Of a stretch of DNA of 64,000 bases, positions 10,705 to 20,301 are shown piece after piece. The notes under the pieces were generated by a model that made no database searches, was not told where the DNA came from, and was given only the letters and a program-made list of their open reading frames with translations. Made by a program: the position numbers and the translations under genes. Every line of letters begins with the position of its first letter. Position 1 is the stretch's first letter. The stretch is from Escherichia coli (GTDB lineage Bacteria > Pseudomonadota > Gammaproteobacteria > Enterobacterales > Enterobacteriaceae), in NCBI RefSeq assembly GCF_003018115.1, contig NZ_CP027457.1, one strand, 5' to 3'.

Positions 10705-11685
10705 ATGAACGCAATAATATCGCCTGATTATTACTATGTTCTTACCGTTGCTGGTCAGTCTAATGCCATGGCGTATGGCGAAGGACTGCCATTACCGGAC
10801 AGGGAAGATGCGCCTCATCCAAGAATTAAACAATTAGCGAGATTTGCGCATACGCATCCCGGAGGCCCGTCATGTCACTTTAACGACATTATTCCACTGA
10901 CTCACTGCCCACACGATGTTCAGGATATGCAGAGTTATCACCATCCTCTGGCAACGAATCATCAAACACAGTACGGCACCGTTGGCCAGGCACTGCATAT
11001 TGCACGGAAATTACTGCCCTTTATTCCTGATAACGCAGGGGTTCTCATCGTTCCATGTTGCCGTGGCGGATCGGCTTTTACCGCGGGCAGCGAGGGGACA
11101 TATTCAGAACGGCACGGAGCCAGCCATGATGCTTGTCGTTGGGGAACGGATACTCCGCTGTACCAGGATTTAGTCAGCAGAACGCGAGCCGCACTGGCAA
11201 AAAATCCGCAGAACAAATTCCTCGGCGTATGCTGGATGCAAGGCGAATTTGACTTAATGACCAGTGACTACGCGTCACACCCTCAACACTTTAATCATAT
11301 GGTTGAAGCCTTTCGTAGGGATCTAAAACAATACCATTCTCAGCTGAATAATATTACTGACGCGCCGTGGTTTTGCGGCGATACCACCTGGTACTGGAAA
11401 GAAAATTTCCCTCATGCGTATGAAGCTATTTATGGCAATTATCAAAATAATGTTTTAGCCAATATTATTTTCGTCGACTTCCAGCAACAAGGTGAAAGAG
11501 GACTGACGAACGCGCCTGATGAAGATCCGGACGATTTAAGCACGGGATATTACGGTTCAGCGTACCGGTCACCGGAGAACTGGACGACGGCACTGCGAAG
11601 CAGTCATTTCAGCGCGGCAGCCCGTCGGGGGATTATTTCTGACAAGTTTGTAGAAGCAATTTTGCAGTTTTGGCGCGAAAGGTGA
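10705..11685 (+). CDS. nanS: 9-O-acetyl-N-acetylneuraminate esterase NanS (SGNH hydrolase)
   Basis: Start MNAIISPDYYYVLTVAGQSNAMAYG, 326 aa; GQSN block typical of SGNH esterases. Confidence 0.88.
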   Translation: MNAIISPDYYYVLTVAGQSNAMAYGEGLPLPDREDAPHPRIKQLARFAHTHPGGPSCHFNDIIPLTHCPHDVQDMQSYHHPLATNHQTQYGTVGQALHIARKLLPFIPDNAGVLIVPCCRGGSAFTAGSEGTYSERHGASHDACRWGTDTPLYQDLVSRTRAALAKNPQNKFLGVCWMQGEFDLMTSDYASHPQHFNHMVEAFRRDLKQYHSQLNNITDAPWFCGDTTWYWKENFPHAYEAIYGNYQNNVLANIIFVDFQQQGERGLTNAPDEDPDDLSTGYYGSAYRSPENWTTALRSSHFSAAARRGIISDKFVEAILQFWRER

Positions 11686-11839
11686 GCGTTCATTAATTTG
11701 ATTTATTCGCATCCATCAGCGCTTTTAACTCCTCCGGCGTAAACGGTGGTTTGCGTCGGTGCAACATCGCATGGCAATTAGGGCACACAGGCAGCAAAAA
11801 AACAAATGAGATCAAAGTAATATATCTTCACTTGCAGGC

Positions 11840-12769
11840 TTGAACAGCAGAAAATTTGCGAGCATGATCGCAATTATTTCACTGCCAGGGATATCAATGG
11901 CTTCCAGTAAATCGCTACAGCAGGCAATTGCCAACATAAAAATCTGGCACAAGGGTGAACAGCGCGCGCCGCATAAGCCATTGTTATTGCTATACGTATT
12001 AGCGGGATACCTGAATGGACATCCACGCCTTTTCGATTATGGCTCGGAAATCTACGAACCTCTGCACAGTTTACTGGAACGTTTTGGGCCACAGCGTTCA
12101 CAGTACCGACCTGATATGCCGTTCTGGCGATTACAAGGCGACGGATTCTGGCAATTACACAATGCCGAGCTTTGCTCAACAGCAGGGAGCAGCCGACAAC
12201 CGCCAGTGAAGGAACTGAACGAATACCACGTTGCAGGCGGTTTCGATGAACAGCACTACGCCCTGGTAACCGGCAATAAAAAACTCATTAATACTCTGGC
12301 ACAACAGATACTCGAAGCGCACTTCACCGAGAGTATTCAGGAAGAAATCGCTGACGAGTTGGGTTTTGACCTCCAGCAAATCCGTAAGCAACGCGACCCG
12401 TTATTTCGCAGACTTGTATTACGCGCCTATAACTACCAGTGCGCGATATGTGGCTTTAATATGCGCCACGATGACACTACCGTCGCGCTGGAAGCGGCAC
12501 ATATAAAATGGAAACAGCACGGCGGTCTTTGTGAAATTCCTAATGGCCTGGCGCTTTGCGCAATTCACCATAAAGCCTTTGATAAAGGATCGATTGGCCT
12601 GGACGAAAATATGCGGGTACTGGTATCAGATGCGGTAAACGGCGGAGGGATCGTTGAGAGATTATTCTGGGATTTTGACGGGAAAACTATTGCGTTACCA
12701 CAGGTGCGTAAAAATTACCCTTTTGAGGGGTTTGTAGAGTGGCATCGGAAAGAGGTTTTTAGGGGGTGA
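11840..12769 (+). CDS. HNH-motif endonuclease with an uncharacterised N-terminal domain (possible modification-dependent restriction-type nuclease)
   Basis: 309-aa ORF; C-terminal YQCAICGF...AAHIKW...LCAIHHKAFDKG is a Cys/His HNH-type motif. An alternative start MASSKSLQQ at 11897 has an AGGGA RBS. Family assignment of the N-terminal domain is not possible by eye. Confidence 0.7.
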   Translation: MNSRKFASMIAIISLPGISMASSKSLQQAIANIKIWHKGEQRAPHKPLLLLYVLAGYLNGHPRLFDYGSEIYEPLHSLLERFGPQRSQYRPDMPFWRLQGDGFWQLHNAELCSTAGSSRQPPVKELNEYHVAGGFDEQHYALVTGNKKLINTLAQQILEAHFTESIQEEIADELGFDLQQIRKQRDPLFRRLVLRAYNYQCAICGFNMRHDDTTVALEAAHIKWKQHGGLCEIPNGLALCAIHHKAFDKGSIGLDENMRVLVSDAVNGGGIVERLFWDFDGKTIALPQVRKNYPFEGFVEWHRKEVFRG

Positions 12770-12810
12770 GATTGATAACTATCGCAGTATGTTCAATATT
12801 GCTGACATAA

Positions 12811-12993
12811 TCAGTGCAGGATCTTGCCGCTAGTTTACAACTCGCCTTCGATAGCGGCGCAAAACGAGTTCTGTTGCCGATATCCTCGGCTATGGATATT
12901 CCAACAGTTCCGGCAGAGTTGTTTACCAAGTTTCAGGTAAGTTTTTTCTCAGAACCGGTTGATGCGGTTTATAAGGCGCTGGATGTGAATTAA
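12811..12993 (+). pseudogene. Remnant encoding the C-terminal ~60 aa of a Lon-like protease domain (BrxL/Lon-type)
   Basis: Frame opens just after a TAA at 12808-12810 and reads ...SGAKRVLLPISSAMDIPTVPAELFTKFQVSFFSEPVDAVYKALDVN*, which resembles the extreme C-terminus of Lon proteases (...GIKTVLIP...IP...V...EVL..AL). No upstream body of the gene is present. Confidence 0.5.
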
Positions 12994-13326
12994 CACATTC
13001 CTCAGCTTATTTACAAAAGGATTATTCCCATTTGATATAATATCAGTGCCAATTTACTTTTTTCAATGAAATATATCTCGGCTAAATAACAATAAAACTT
13101 ATCGCTAATGGATTAAATAAACAATTTTCTAATTCATTTCACCACCTTTGATATAGAAATTGATGGTGTTGTCGTTGCCATTGCTTATGGTGATGATAAA
13201 ATCCACGTTTCTGGATCGTTGCGTAGAAAATCATCACTGCCTTGATATTTTGATGCGATATAATCATACCGTTCCGTAGTACCAATTTCAATTTCAGGCT
13301 AAACCCCAACATTAAAAAAAATTAGA

Positions 13327-13375
13327 GTTATTCACTGATTATATTATATTATCAATAATATAATCAGTGAATAAC
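13327..13375 (-). terminator. Perfect 21-bp inverted repeat (7-nt loop) downstream of the 682-aa ORF, followed on the minus strand by a T8 run; probable intrinsic terminator
   Basis: GTTATTCACTGATTATATTAT / ATAATATAATCAGTGAATAAC arms read directly; T-run lies about 6 nt past the stem on the minus strand. Confidence 0.55.
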
Positions 13376-13397
13376 ATGGACTATATAATAAATTGCT

Positions 13398-15446
13398 CTA
13401 ATCATTTCCCTTACGAATATATGGGCCAAAAGCCCAAGAATCATAATAAGGGTGATGGACTAATTTTTCATTAAATCGAACACTATAAGTTAATTTTTTT
13501 ATATTTTTACGTACAGCATTAATACTGGGCAAAGAGGAAAGATAATCTATAAACTTATCGATAGTGATTTCCCCTTCGCAACACTCAAACCCATCAATGA
13601 TATTTTTCGCCATTTTTCCATTTTCATTTGTTTGATATATCACTCCAGGTATTCGTTGAAAAAAACTAGATAATGCATATTTGTCCGCTACATATGTATC
13701 ATCCACATGATATTTCCCACCGAGCATAGTTGTAGTAACAATAAGCTTATACACACCTTTGGGTTGCCATGTTGATGGTAGTTCGAATTCTTTAATGATC
13801 ACATCAAGATGATTAAGATAATGTTCAGAAATTCGATTTATTTGTTGAAAATAAGAACGCATAAATTTATTATTATGATCATGTATTAATGAGCTATCTC
13901 CAACGATGTTACACACTTGCTGATAGTACTTACCATAATATATTGGTTGACCATTTGATTTTAGTTCTGTAAAAATCAAAAAATCATCCAGGAGAATCAC
14001 GCAATCGCACTGATAATTAGCATGAGCATCAATTGAAGAAGCTTTAATCCCCGCATCACGAACTTGTTTTATAAATTGTTGCTCATGAAATCGCCCTTTA
14101 CTTGCTTGAGAAATTTTTTTGGAACCAAATAATGACATTAGAGAGCGAGTCACTGAGCTATTTGCTATTAATGCAGGCATTAAGCATAAACCGTCCATAC
14201 AGGGAATAAATGGGCAATCATTAAGATCATGTGATTTTGAATTGAAGGTAAAATAATCTATCAGTTTTTTTGCTGCATCCGCTGCAATCCCCTTACGTTG
14301 AAAGAATGATAACCAACTCTCACGGCTTTTTATGATCAGCCAGCGATCCAACTGTAGGGGTATAGGTTTTGTCGATGAAAATCTTTTGCTCATTTCTTCT
14401 TTAGATAACTCGACTAAACATTGATAAGCGTGCACCCAATTAAATAATGATATATTCCCATATTCTTCATGAAGGTCATCAGGAGACATATTTTCCAACT
14501 CGCTTAGATGAAATGAGCTAAAAACGCCATCAGAATTTAAGTAAGATGGCATATGATCCTTTACCCAACTATTTAGATGAAAATGTTTGTTACTAAATTC
14601 ATGAACTTCGCTATATAGATGTGACGCTCTCATCATTAGTCTATTTCTTGCAATCTCATAATCTCGGTATAAACAAAAACTATCAACCTCAAGAGAGTAA
14701 ATGTTATTATCCAATTTTGTAAATACTGCACTACTTAGTCTGAAAAAGTCTCTTACTCTGCTTAATGAGTCAAAAACATTCCACTCATTAAGGTACCCTC
14801 CCATTGAAAGCAAGGTTTGTTTATTCACACAAGAAGTTAGTTTCAATGGCCCATGAGTCCGTAAATAAGAAAATATTCTTCCGGTGTAATTGGCTACCTC
14901 ATCAAATGCCCTATCGATAACTCGAAAATATTCGATATCAGGTTCAGCATGAATATTAATATTTTCAGAAACGATAAATAATGGAAAAATCCTCTTCATT
15001 TTTTTAGGATCATTGACCACAACCAAGGATGATAATGATGATAAAAACATCTCACAAAACATGATGAGATTAAGTATTAATGCATGTGATTTTTTTGTAT
15101 TTTTACGCCAAATACCAGCACATTTTGTAGCCGCAAAGAAAGAATTATTTATATCATGCATAATTTTACATTGACTCTCGAACTCAGAGATTAGTTCAAT
15201 GTTATCAGGAAATGAGTTTACTAGCTCATTAATACATTTTTTGAATGTATTGTTATACTCAACTTCAGTCTGAACTGAAAATCTATTATAATAGATGGAA
15301 GATATTCTCAGCACATCCAAGGCGATATCTATACTAATATCATCTCTTTTTATGTACTCACAAAAAAAAGAACAAAACTGTTTCGGGTCGTTAGCAAGAT
15401 TACTAATTCTAGTAGTATCATAAACTTTTTCCATTTTTCCATACAT
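13398..15446 (-). CDS. Orphan AT-rich 682-aa protein of unknown function; candidate defence or nuclease protein with a possible PD-(D/E)XK-like motif
   Basis: Uninterrupted 2 kb ORF with RBS AGGA before the ATG; composition visibly far more AT-rich than flanking core genes; no Walker A, HNH or other motif I recognise except E~455 ... D~481 ... E494-L-K496 (QCDCVILLDDFLIFTELK). Confidence 0.75.
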   Translation of the reverse strand: MYGKMEKVYDTTRISNLANDPKQFCSFFCEYIKRDDISIDIALDVLRISSIYYNRFSVQTEVEYNNTFKKCINELVNSFPDNIELISEFESQCKIMHDINNSFFAATKCAGIWRKNTKKSHALILNLIMFCEMFLSSLSSLVVVNDPKKMKRIFPLFIVSENINIHAEPDIEYFRVIDRAFDEVANYTGRIFSYLRTHGPLKLTSCVNKQTLLSMGGYLNEWNVFDSLSRVRDFFRLSSAVFTKLDNNIYSLEVDSFCLYRDYEIARNRLMMRASHLYSEVHEFSNKHFHLNSWVKDHMPSYLNSDGVFSSFHLSELENMSPDDLHEEYGNISLFNWVHAYQCLVELSKEEMSKRFSSTKPIPLQLDRWLIIKSRESWLSFFQRKGIAADAAKKLIDYFTFNSKSHDLNDCPFIPCMDGLCLMPALIANSSVTRSLMSLFGSKKISQASKGRFHEQQFIKQVRDAGIKASSIDAHANYQCDCVILLDDFLIFTELKSNGQPIYYGKYYQQVCNIVGDSSLIHDHNNKFMRSYFQQINRISEHYLNHLDVIIKEFELPSTWQPKGVYKLIVTTTMLGGKYHVDDTYVADKYALSSFFQRIPGVIYQTNENGKMAKNIIDGFECCEGEITIDKFIDYLSSLPSINAVRKNIKKLTYSVRFNEKLVHHPYYDSWAFGPYIRKGND

Positions 15447-16123
15447 CCTATTGTCTAAATTACTATAAAACTAGCCACTTAACTAATAATTATAAATTTC
15501 ATCTTTTACACCTTGCATTTTTATAACCAATGAAATCTACAACAAGCAACTGATGGATAATCCGATATTGGTCGCATTTAATGGCATGGTAGCAAAGTTT
15601 TCATCACATACCTCCTTTGCACCAGAATAAACGCCAGAGACCTGAAATTGCGAGTACACTACAGAAATTGTACTGCCGGTCCCATCAGCATAAAACCATA
15701 GTTACACAGGTAATCATCATTATTCGCCAAGATAATAAATATTATTCGGTAGAATAGCGTTCTCAGGTGGTCAGTAAAATTGTCTTCAACAAGATGTCTG
15801 CGCATCTCGTCTGCTAGCCCTACATAACTGCTCTCGACCGAAACTATTTATTGAATGTTCACCAAGGTGGGCGTGGAGACAAAATGACGTCTTTTGATAT
15901 TAGCTACCTGAGCCACATGGTCAAAACGTTCAAGTAGCATAGCGAAACCACCCTGCCCACGTAATGTGGACGATGCAGCTTCCAGCCAGAGCAAACTTGG
16001 GACCATCGACTACAAAATGAAGAATACTGAACTGCTTTTCTGGCAGGCCTATATACTGCACGGATATGGGTGATTTCAGGCACAAAAAAAGCCGCCCTTA
16101 AGCGACTCGATTTGCATACGGTG

Positions 16124-16208
16124 TGGTGCCGAAGGCCGGACTCGAACCGGCACGTATTTCTACGGTTGATTTTGAATCAACTGCGTCTACCGATTTCGCC
16201 ACTTCGGC
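16124..16208 (-). tRNA. leuX: tRNA-Leu (leuX-type, CAA anticodon), 85 nt ending CCA
   Basis: Reverse complement reads GCCGAAGTGGCGAAATCGGTAGACGCAGTTGATTCAAAATCAACCGTAGAAATACGTGCCGGTTCGAGTCCGGCCTTCGGCACCA; type II tRNA with long variable arm. Confidence 0.9.
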
Positions 16209-16403
16209 ACTGAAGAGGTATGCGGAAAACGTTGTGGATTATACCTGTCGCACGCCACCATGCAAGCGCCAGCTTGCTCGCACCTCGCTAAGTGCTGAAA
16301 TTTTCAGCATTGCATACAGCGATGTGTAACCTTTGTCACACTCCAGGCACCCCGCCCTGCCATGCTCTACACTTCCCAGACAACACCAGAGAAGGACCAA
16401 AAA

Positions 16404-17423
16404 ATGTCGATGATAAAAAGCTATGCCGCAAAAGAAGCAGGCGGCGAACTGGAAGTTTATGAGTACGATCCCGGTGAACTGAAGCCACAAGATGTTGAAG
16501 TGCAGGTGGATTACTGCGGGATCTGCCATTCCGATCTGTCGATGATCGATAACGAATGGGGATTTTCACAATATCCGCTGGTTGCCGGGCATGAGGTGAT
16601 TGGTCGCGTGGTGGCGCTCGGGAGCGCCGCGCAGGATAAAGGTTTGCAGGTCGGTCAGCGTGTCGGGATTGGCTGGACGGCGCGTAGCTGCGGGCATTGC
16701 GATGCCTGTATTAGCGGTAATCAGATCAACTGTGAGCAAGGTGCGGTGCCGACGATTATGAATCGCGGCGGCTTTGCCGAGAAGTTGCGTGCGGACTGGC
16801 AATGGGTGATCCCACTGCCAGAAAATATTGATATCGAGTCCGCCGGGCCGCTGTTGTGCGGTGGTATCACGGTCTTCAAACCACTGTTAATGCACCATAT
16901 CACTGCCACCAGCCGCGTTGGGGTAATTGGTATTGGCGGGCTGGGGCATATCGCTATAAAACTTCTGCACGCAATGGGATGCGAGGTGACAGCCTTTAGT
17001 TCTAATCCGGCGAAAGAGCAGGAAGTACTGGCGATGGGTGCCGATAAAGTGGTGAATAGCCGCGATCCGCAGGCACTGAAAGCACTGGCGGGGCAGTTTG
17101 ATCTCATTATCAACACCGTCAACGTCAGCCTCGACTGGCAGCCTTATTTTGAAGCGCTGACGTACGGCGGTAATTTCCATACGGTCGGTGCAGTTCTCAC
17201 GCCGCTGTCTGTTCCGGCCTTTACGTTAATTGCGGGCGACCGCAGCATCTCTGGTTCTGCTACCGGCACGCCTTATGAGCTGCGAAAGCTGATGCGCTTT
17301 GCCGCCCGTAGCAAGGTTGCGCCGACCACCGAACTGTTCCCGATGTCGAAAATTAACGACGCCATCAAGCATGTGCGCGACGGTAAGGCGCGTTACCGCG
17401 TGGTTCTGAAAGCTGACTTCTGA
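16404..17423 (+). CDS. ahr: NADPH-dependent aldehyde reductase Ahr (YjgB), zinc-type alcohol dehydrogenase
   Basis: Start [21 protein letters not shown] at 16404; GHEVIG and CGICHSD zinc-ADH motifs; 339 aa. Confidence 0.9.
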   Translation: MSMIKSYAAKEAGGELEVYEYDPGELKPQDVEVQVDYCGICHSDLSMIDNEWGFSQYPLVAGHEVIGRVVALGSAAQDKGLQVGQRVGIGWTARSCGHCDACISGNQINCEQGAVPTIMNRGGFAEKLRADWQWVIPLPENIDIESAGPLLCGGITVFKPLLMHHITATSRVGVIGIGGLGHIAIKLLHAMGCEVTAFSSNPAKEQEVLAMGADKVVNSRDPQALKALAGQFDLIINTVNVSLDWQPYFEALTYGGNFHTVGAVLTPLSVPAFTLIAGDRSISGSATGTPYELRKLMRFAARSKVAPTTELFPMSKINDAIKHVRDGKARYRVVLKADF

Positions 17424-17552
17424 TCTCTTTGCCGGGTGCCTGTCGCCCGGCACTTAAATCTCTTTGGAAGGCGTCTCGCAATCTGCTGAATTTAGCGGTG
17501 AAGAGTGCGCAGCCGTTGCCTATACTCCAGGCAGGAAACTGGAGGAAATCTC

Positions 17553-19055
17553 ATGAGCGAACCCCTGTTAATTGCCCGTACGCCGGACACAGAACTTTTT
17601 TTACTGCCGGGAATGGCTAACCGTCACGGGCTGATTACTGGCGCAACGGGGACGGGTAAAACCGTTACGCTGCAAAAACTGGCAGAGTCATTGTCGGAAA
17701 TCGGCGTGCCGGTGTTTATGGCTGATGTGAAAGGCGATCTGACCGGTATCGCGCAGGCAGGAACGGCGTCGGAAAAACTGCTCGCAAGGCTTAAAAATAT
17801 CGGCGTCAATGACTGGCAACCGCATGCTAATCCGGTGGTGGTGTGGGATATCTTTGGCGAGAAAGGCCATCCGGTGCGGGCGACGGTTTCAGACCTGGGG
17901 CCGCTGTTGCTGGCGCGGCTGTTGAATCTCAACGATGTGCAATCTGGCGTGCTGAATATCATCTTCCGTATTGCTGACGATCAGGGATTGTTGCTGCTCG
18001 ACTTTAAAGATCTGCGGGCAATTACCCAGTACATCGGCGATAACGCCAAATCCTTCCAGAATCAGTACGGTAATATCAGTAGCGCATCGGTTGGTGCCAT
18101 CCAGCGCGGGCTGTTGTCGCTGGAACAGCAAGGCGCAGCACACTTCTTTGGTGAGCCGATGCTGGATATCAAAGACTGGACGCGCACCGATGCCAACGGT
18201 AAAGGCGTTATCAATATCCTCAGCGCCGAGAAGCTTTATCAGATGCCGAAACTGTATGCCGCCAGCCTGTTGTGGATGCTCTCGGAGTTGTATGAACAAT
18301 TGCCGGAAGCGGGCGATCTGGAGAAACCAAAACTGGTGTTTTTCTTCGACGAAGCACATCTGCTGTTTAACGATGCACCGCAGGTACTGCTGGATAAGAT
18401 TGAGCAGGTGATAAGGCTTATTCGCTCAAAAGGCGTGGGCGTCTGGTTCGTTTCGCAAAACCCGTCTGATATTCCGGATAATGTGCTCGGCCAGCTCGGT
18501 AATCGCGTTCAGCACGCTTTACGGGCTTTTACGCCAAAAGATCAGAAAGCAGTGAAGGCAGCGGCGCAAACCATGCGGGCCAATCCGGCATTTGATACCG
18601 AAAAGGCAATCCAGGAACTGGGGACCGGCGAGGCGTTAATCTCGTTTCTCGATGCAAAAGGAAGTCCTTCTGTGGTGGAACGGGCGATGGTGATTGCGCC
18701 TTGTTCGCGGATGGGACCGGTGACGGAAGATGAGCGTAATGGCTTGATTAATCACTCTCCGGTGTATGGCAAGTACGAGGATGACGTGGACCGGGAATCC
18801 GCCTATGAGATGTTGCAAAAAGGCGTACAGGCAAGCACCGAGCAGCAAAATAATCCTGCCGTGAAAAGGAAAGAGGTAGCGGTAGATGACGGCATTCTTG
18901 GTGGATTGAAGGATATTTTGTTTGGCACTACCGGACCACGCGGCGGGAAGAAAGATGGTGTTGTGCAAACAATGGCGAAAAGCGCCGCCCGCCAGGTGAC
19001 GAATCAGATTGTGCGTGGAATGTTGGGGAGTTTGCTGGGGGGGAGAAAAAGGTAA
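17553..19055 (+). CDS. yjgR: Putative ATPase YjgR (DUF853, P-loop)
   Basis: Start [20 protein letters not shown] at 17553; Walker A GATGTGKT; 500 aa. Confidence 0.85.
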   Translation: MSEPLLIARTPDTELFLLPGMANRHGLITGATGTGKTVTLQKLAESLSEIGVPVFMADVKGDLTGIAQAGTASEKLLARLKNIGVNDWQPHANPVVVWDIFGEKGHPVRATVSDLGPLLLARLLNLNDVQSGVLNIIFRIADDQGLLLLDFKDLRAITQYIGDNAKSFQNQYGNISSASVGAIQRGLLSLEQQGAAHFFGEPMLDIKDWTRTDANGKGVINILSAEKLYQMPKLYAASLLWMLSELYEQLPEAGDLEKPKLVFFFDEAHLLFNDAPQVLLDKIEQVIRLIRSKGVGVWFVSQNPSDIPDNVLGQLGNRVQHALRAFTPKDQKAVKAAAQTMRANPAFDTEKAIQELGTGEALISFLDAKGSPSVVERAMVIAPCSRMGPVTEDERNGLINHSPVYGKYEDDVDRESAYEMLQKGVQASTEQQNNPAVKRKEVAVDDGILGGLKDILFGTTGPRGGKKDGVVQTMAKSAARQVTNQIVRGMLGSLLGGRKR

Positions 19056-19075
19056 GCCAGGTGCGATTTGTCTTT

Positions 19076-19113
19076 GCCTGATGCGACGCTGGCGCGTCTT
19101 ATCATGCCTACAC
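19076..19113. repeat. REP-like palindromic element
   Basis: GCCTGATGCGACGCTGGCGCGTCTTATCATGCCTACA resembles E. coli REP consensus. Confidence 0.5.
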
Positions 19114-19215
19114 CACTGCAATACATTGGATTTTCATGATTTTTCAGGCATGAACGAAGCACACTTTGCTAATAATAATAAAGGGAGCTTTCGCTCCCTT
19201 TATGCGTTCATCAGG

Positions 19216-20301
19216 TTACGATTTTCTCATTAACAGCCACAGGCTGATTAAGAAGAAGCTGGCGCTTGGCAACAGTGCGCCAATGATCGGCGGGATGCCA
19301 TAAACCAACGTCAGCGGGCCGAAGATCTGGTCCAGTACGTAGAAGACAAAACCGAAGCTGATACCGGTGACCACACGCACGCCCATCGGTACGCTACGCA
19401 GTGGGCCAAAGATGAACGACAGCGCCATCAGCATCATCACCGCCACGGATAGCGGCTGGAAGATTTTGCTCCACATGTTGAGCTGATAACGTCCGGCATC
19501 CTGACCGCTCGACTTCAGATACTTCACGTAGTTGTGCAAACCGCTGATTGAGAGTGCATCCGGGTCCAGCGCCACCACGCCCAGTTTGTCTGGCGTGAGG
19601 TTGGTTTTCCAGGTGCCGCTCACCGTCTGCGAACCGGTGATCTGTTTCGGATTGGTCAGATCAGATTCATCAACCTGCGACAGACGCCAGACTTTATGTT
19701 CCGGGTCAAACTTCGCGGTAGCGGCATAGCGTACGGATTGCAGACGACGATTCTCGTTAAAGGCATAAATACTGATGCCACCTAACTCTTCGTCACCTTT
19801 AACCCGCTCAATGTAGACGAAGTTGTTGCCATCTTTCGCCCATAAACCTTGCTGGGTAGAGAGCAACGAGCCGCCGTACATCGCCTGCGCACGGTAGTTA
19901 CGCGCCATCTGCTCGCCCTGCGGCGCGACCCATTCACCAATCGCCATCGTCAGTAAGACCAGCGGAATGGCGGTTTTCATCACCGACAGCGCAACCTGCA
20001 TACGGGTGAAACCAGAAGCCTGCATCACCACCAGTTCGCTGCGCTGCGCCAGCATCCCAAGACCAAGCAACGCCCCAAGCAGAGCCGCCATCGGGAAGAA
20101 GATCTGCACATCTTTCGGCACGCTCAGCAAGGTATACATTCCTGCGCCTAACGCGTCGTAACTCCCCTGCCCGGCTTTTTTCAGCTGATCGACAAATTTG
20201 ATAATGCCCGACAGCGACACCAGCATGAACAGCGTCATCATGATGGTGGTGAAAATAGTTTTACCGATATAGCGGTCAAGTACGCCAAAAGGTTGCATCA
20301 C
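19216..20301 (-). CDS. lptG: LPS export ABC transporter permease LptG
   Basis: 360/361-aa membrane protein starting M(M)QPFGVLDRYIGKT; 4-bp overlap with lptF. Confidence 0.92.
   Translation of the reverse strand: MMQPFGVLDRYIGKTIFTTIMMTLFMLVSLSGIIKFVDQLKKAGQGSYDALGAGMYTLLSVPKDVQIFFPMAALLGALLGLGMLAQRSELVVMQASGFTRMQVALSVMKTAIPLVLLTMAIGEWVAPQGEQMARNYRAQAMYGGSLLSTQQGLWAKDGNNFVYIERVKGDEELGGISIYAFNENRRLQSVRYAATAKFDPEHKVWRLSQVDESDLTNPKQITGSQTVSGTWKTNLTPDKLGVVALDPDALSISGLHNYVKYLKSSGQDAGRYQLNMWSKIFQPLSVAVMMLMALSFIFGPLRSVPMGVRVVTGISFGFVFYVLDQIFGPLTLVYGIPPIIGALLPSASFFLISLWLLMRKS

Noticed and set aside
15447-16123. Search for a P4-type integrase or other CDS between the orphan gene and tRNA-Leu
   Set aside because: No ORF of 60 aa or more with integrase-like N-terminus; only short frames (for example a ~55-codon frame on the minus strand) with no recognisable features.
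16123-16329. 68-aa plus-strand ORF
   Set aside because: Overlaps the tRNA-Leu gene on the opposite strand; artefact.
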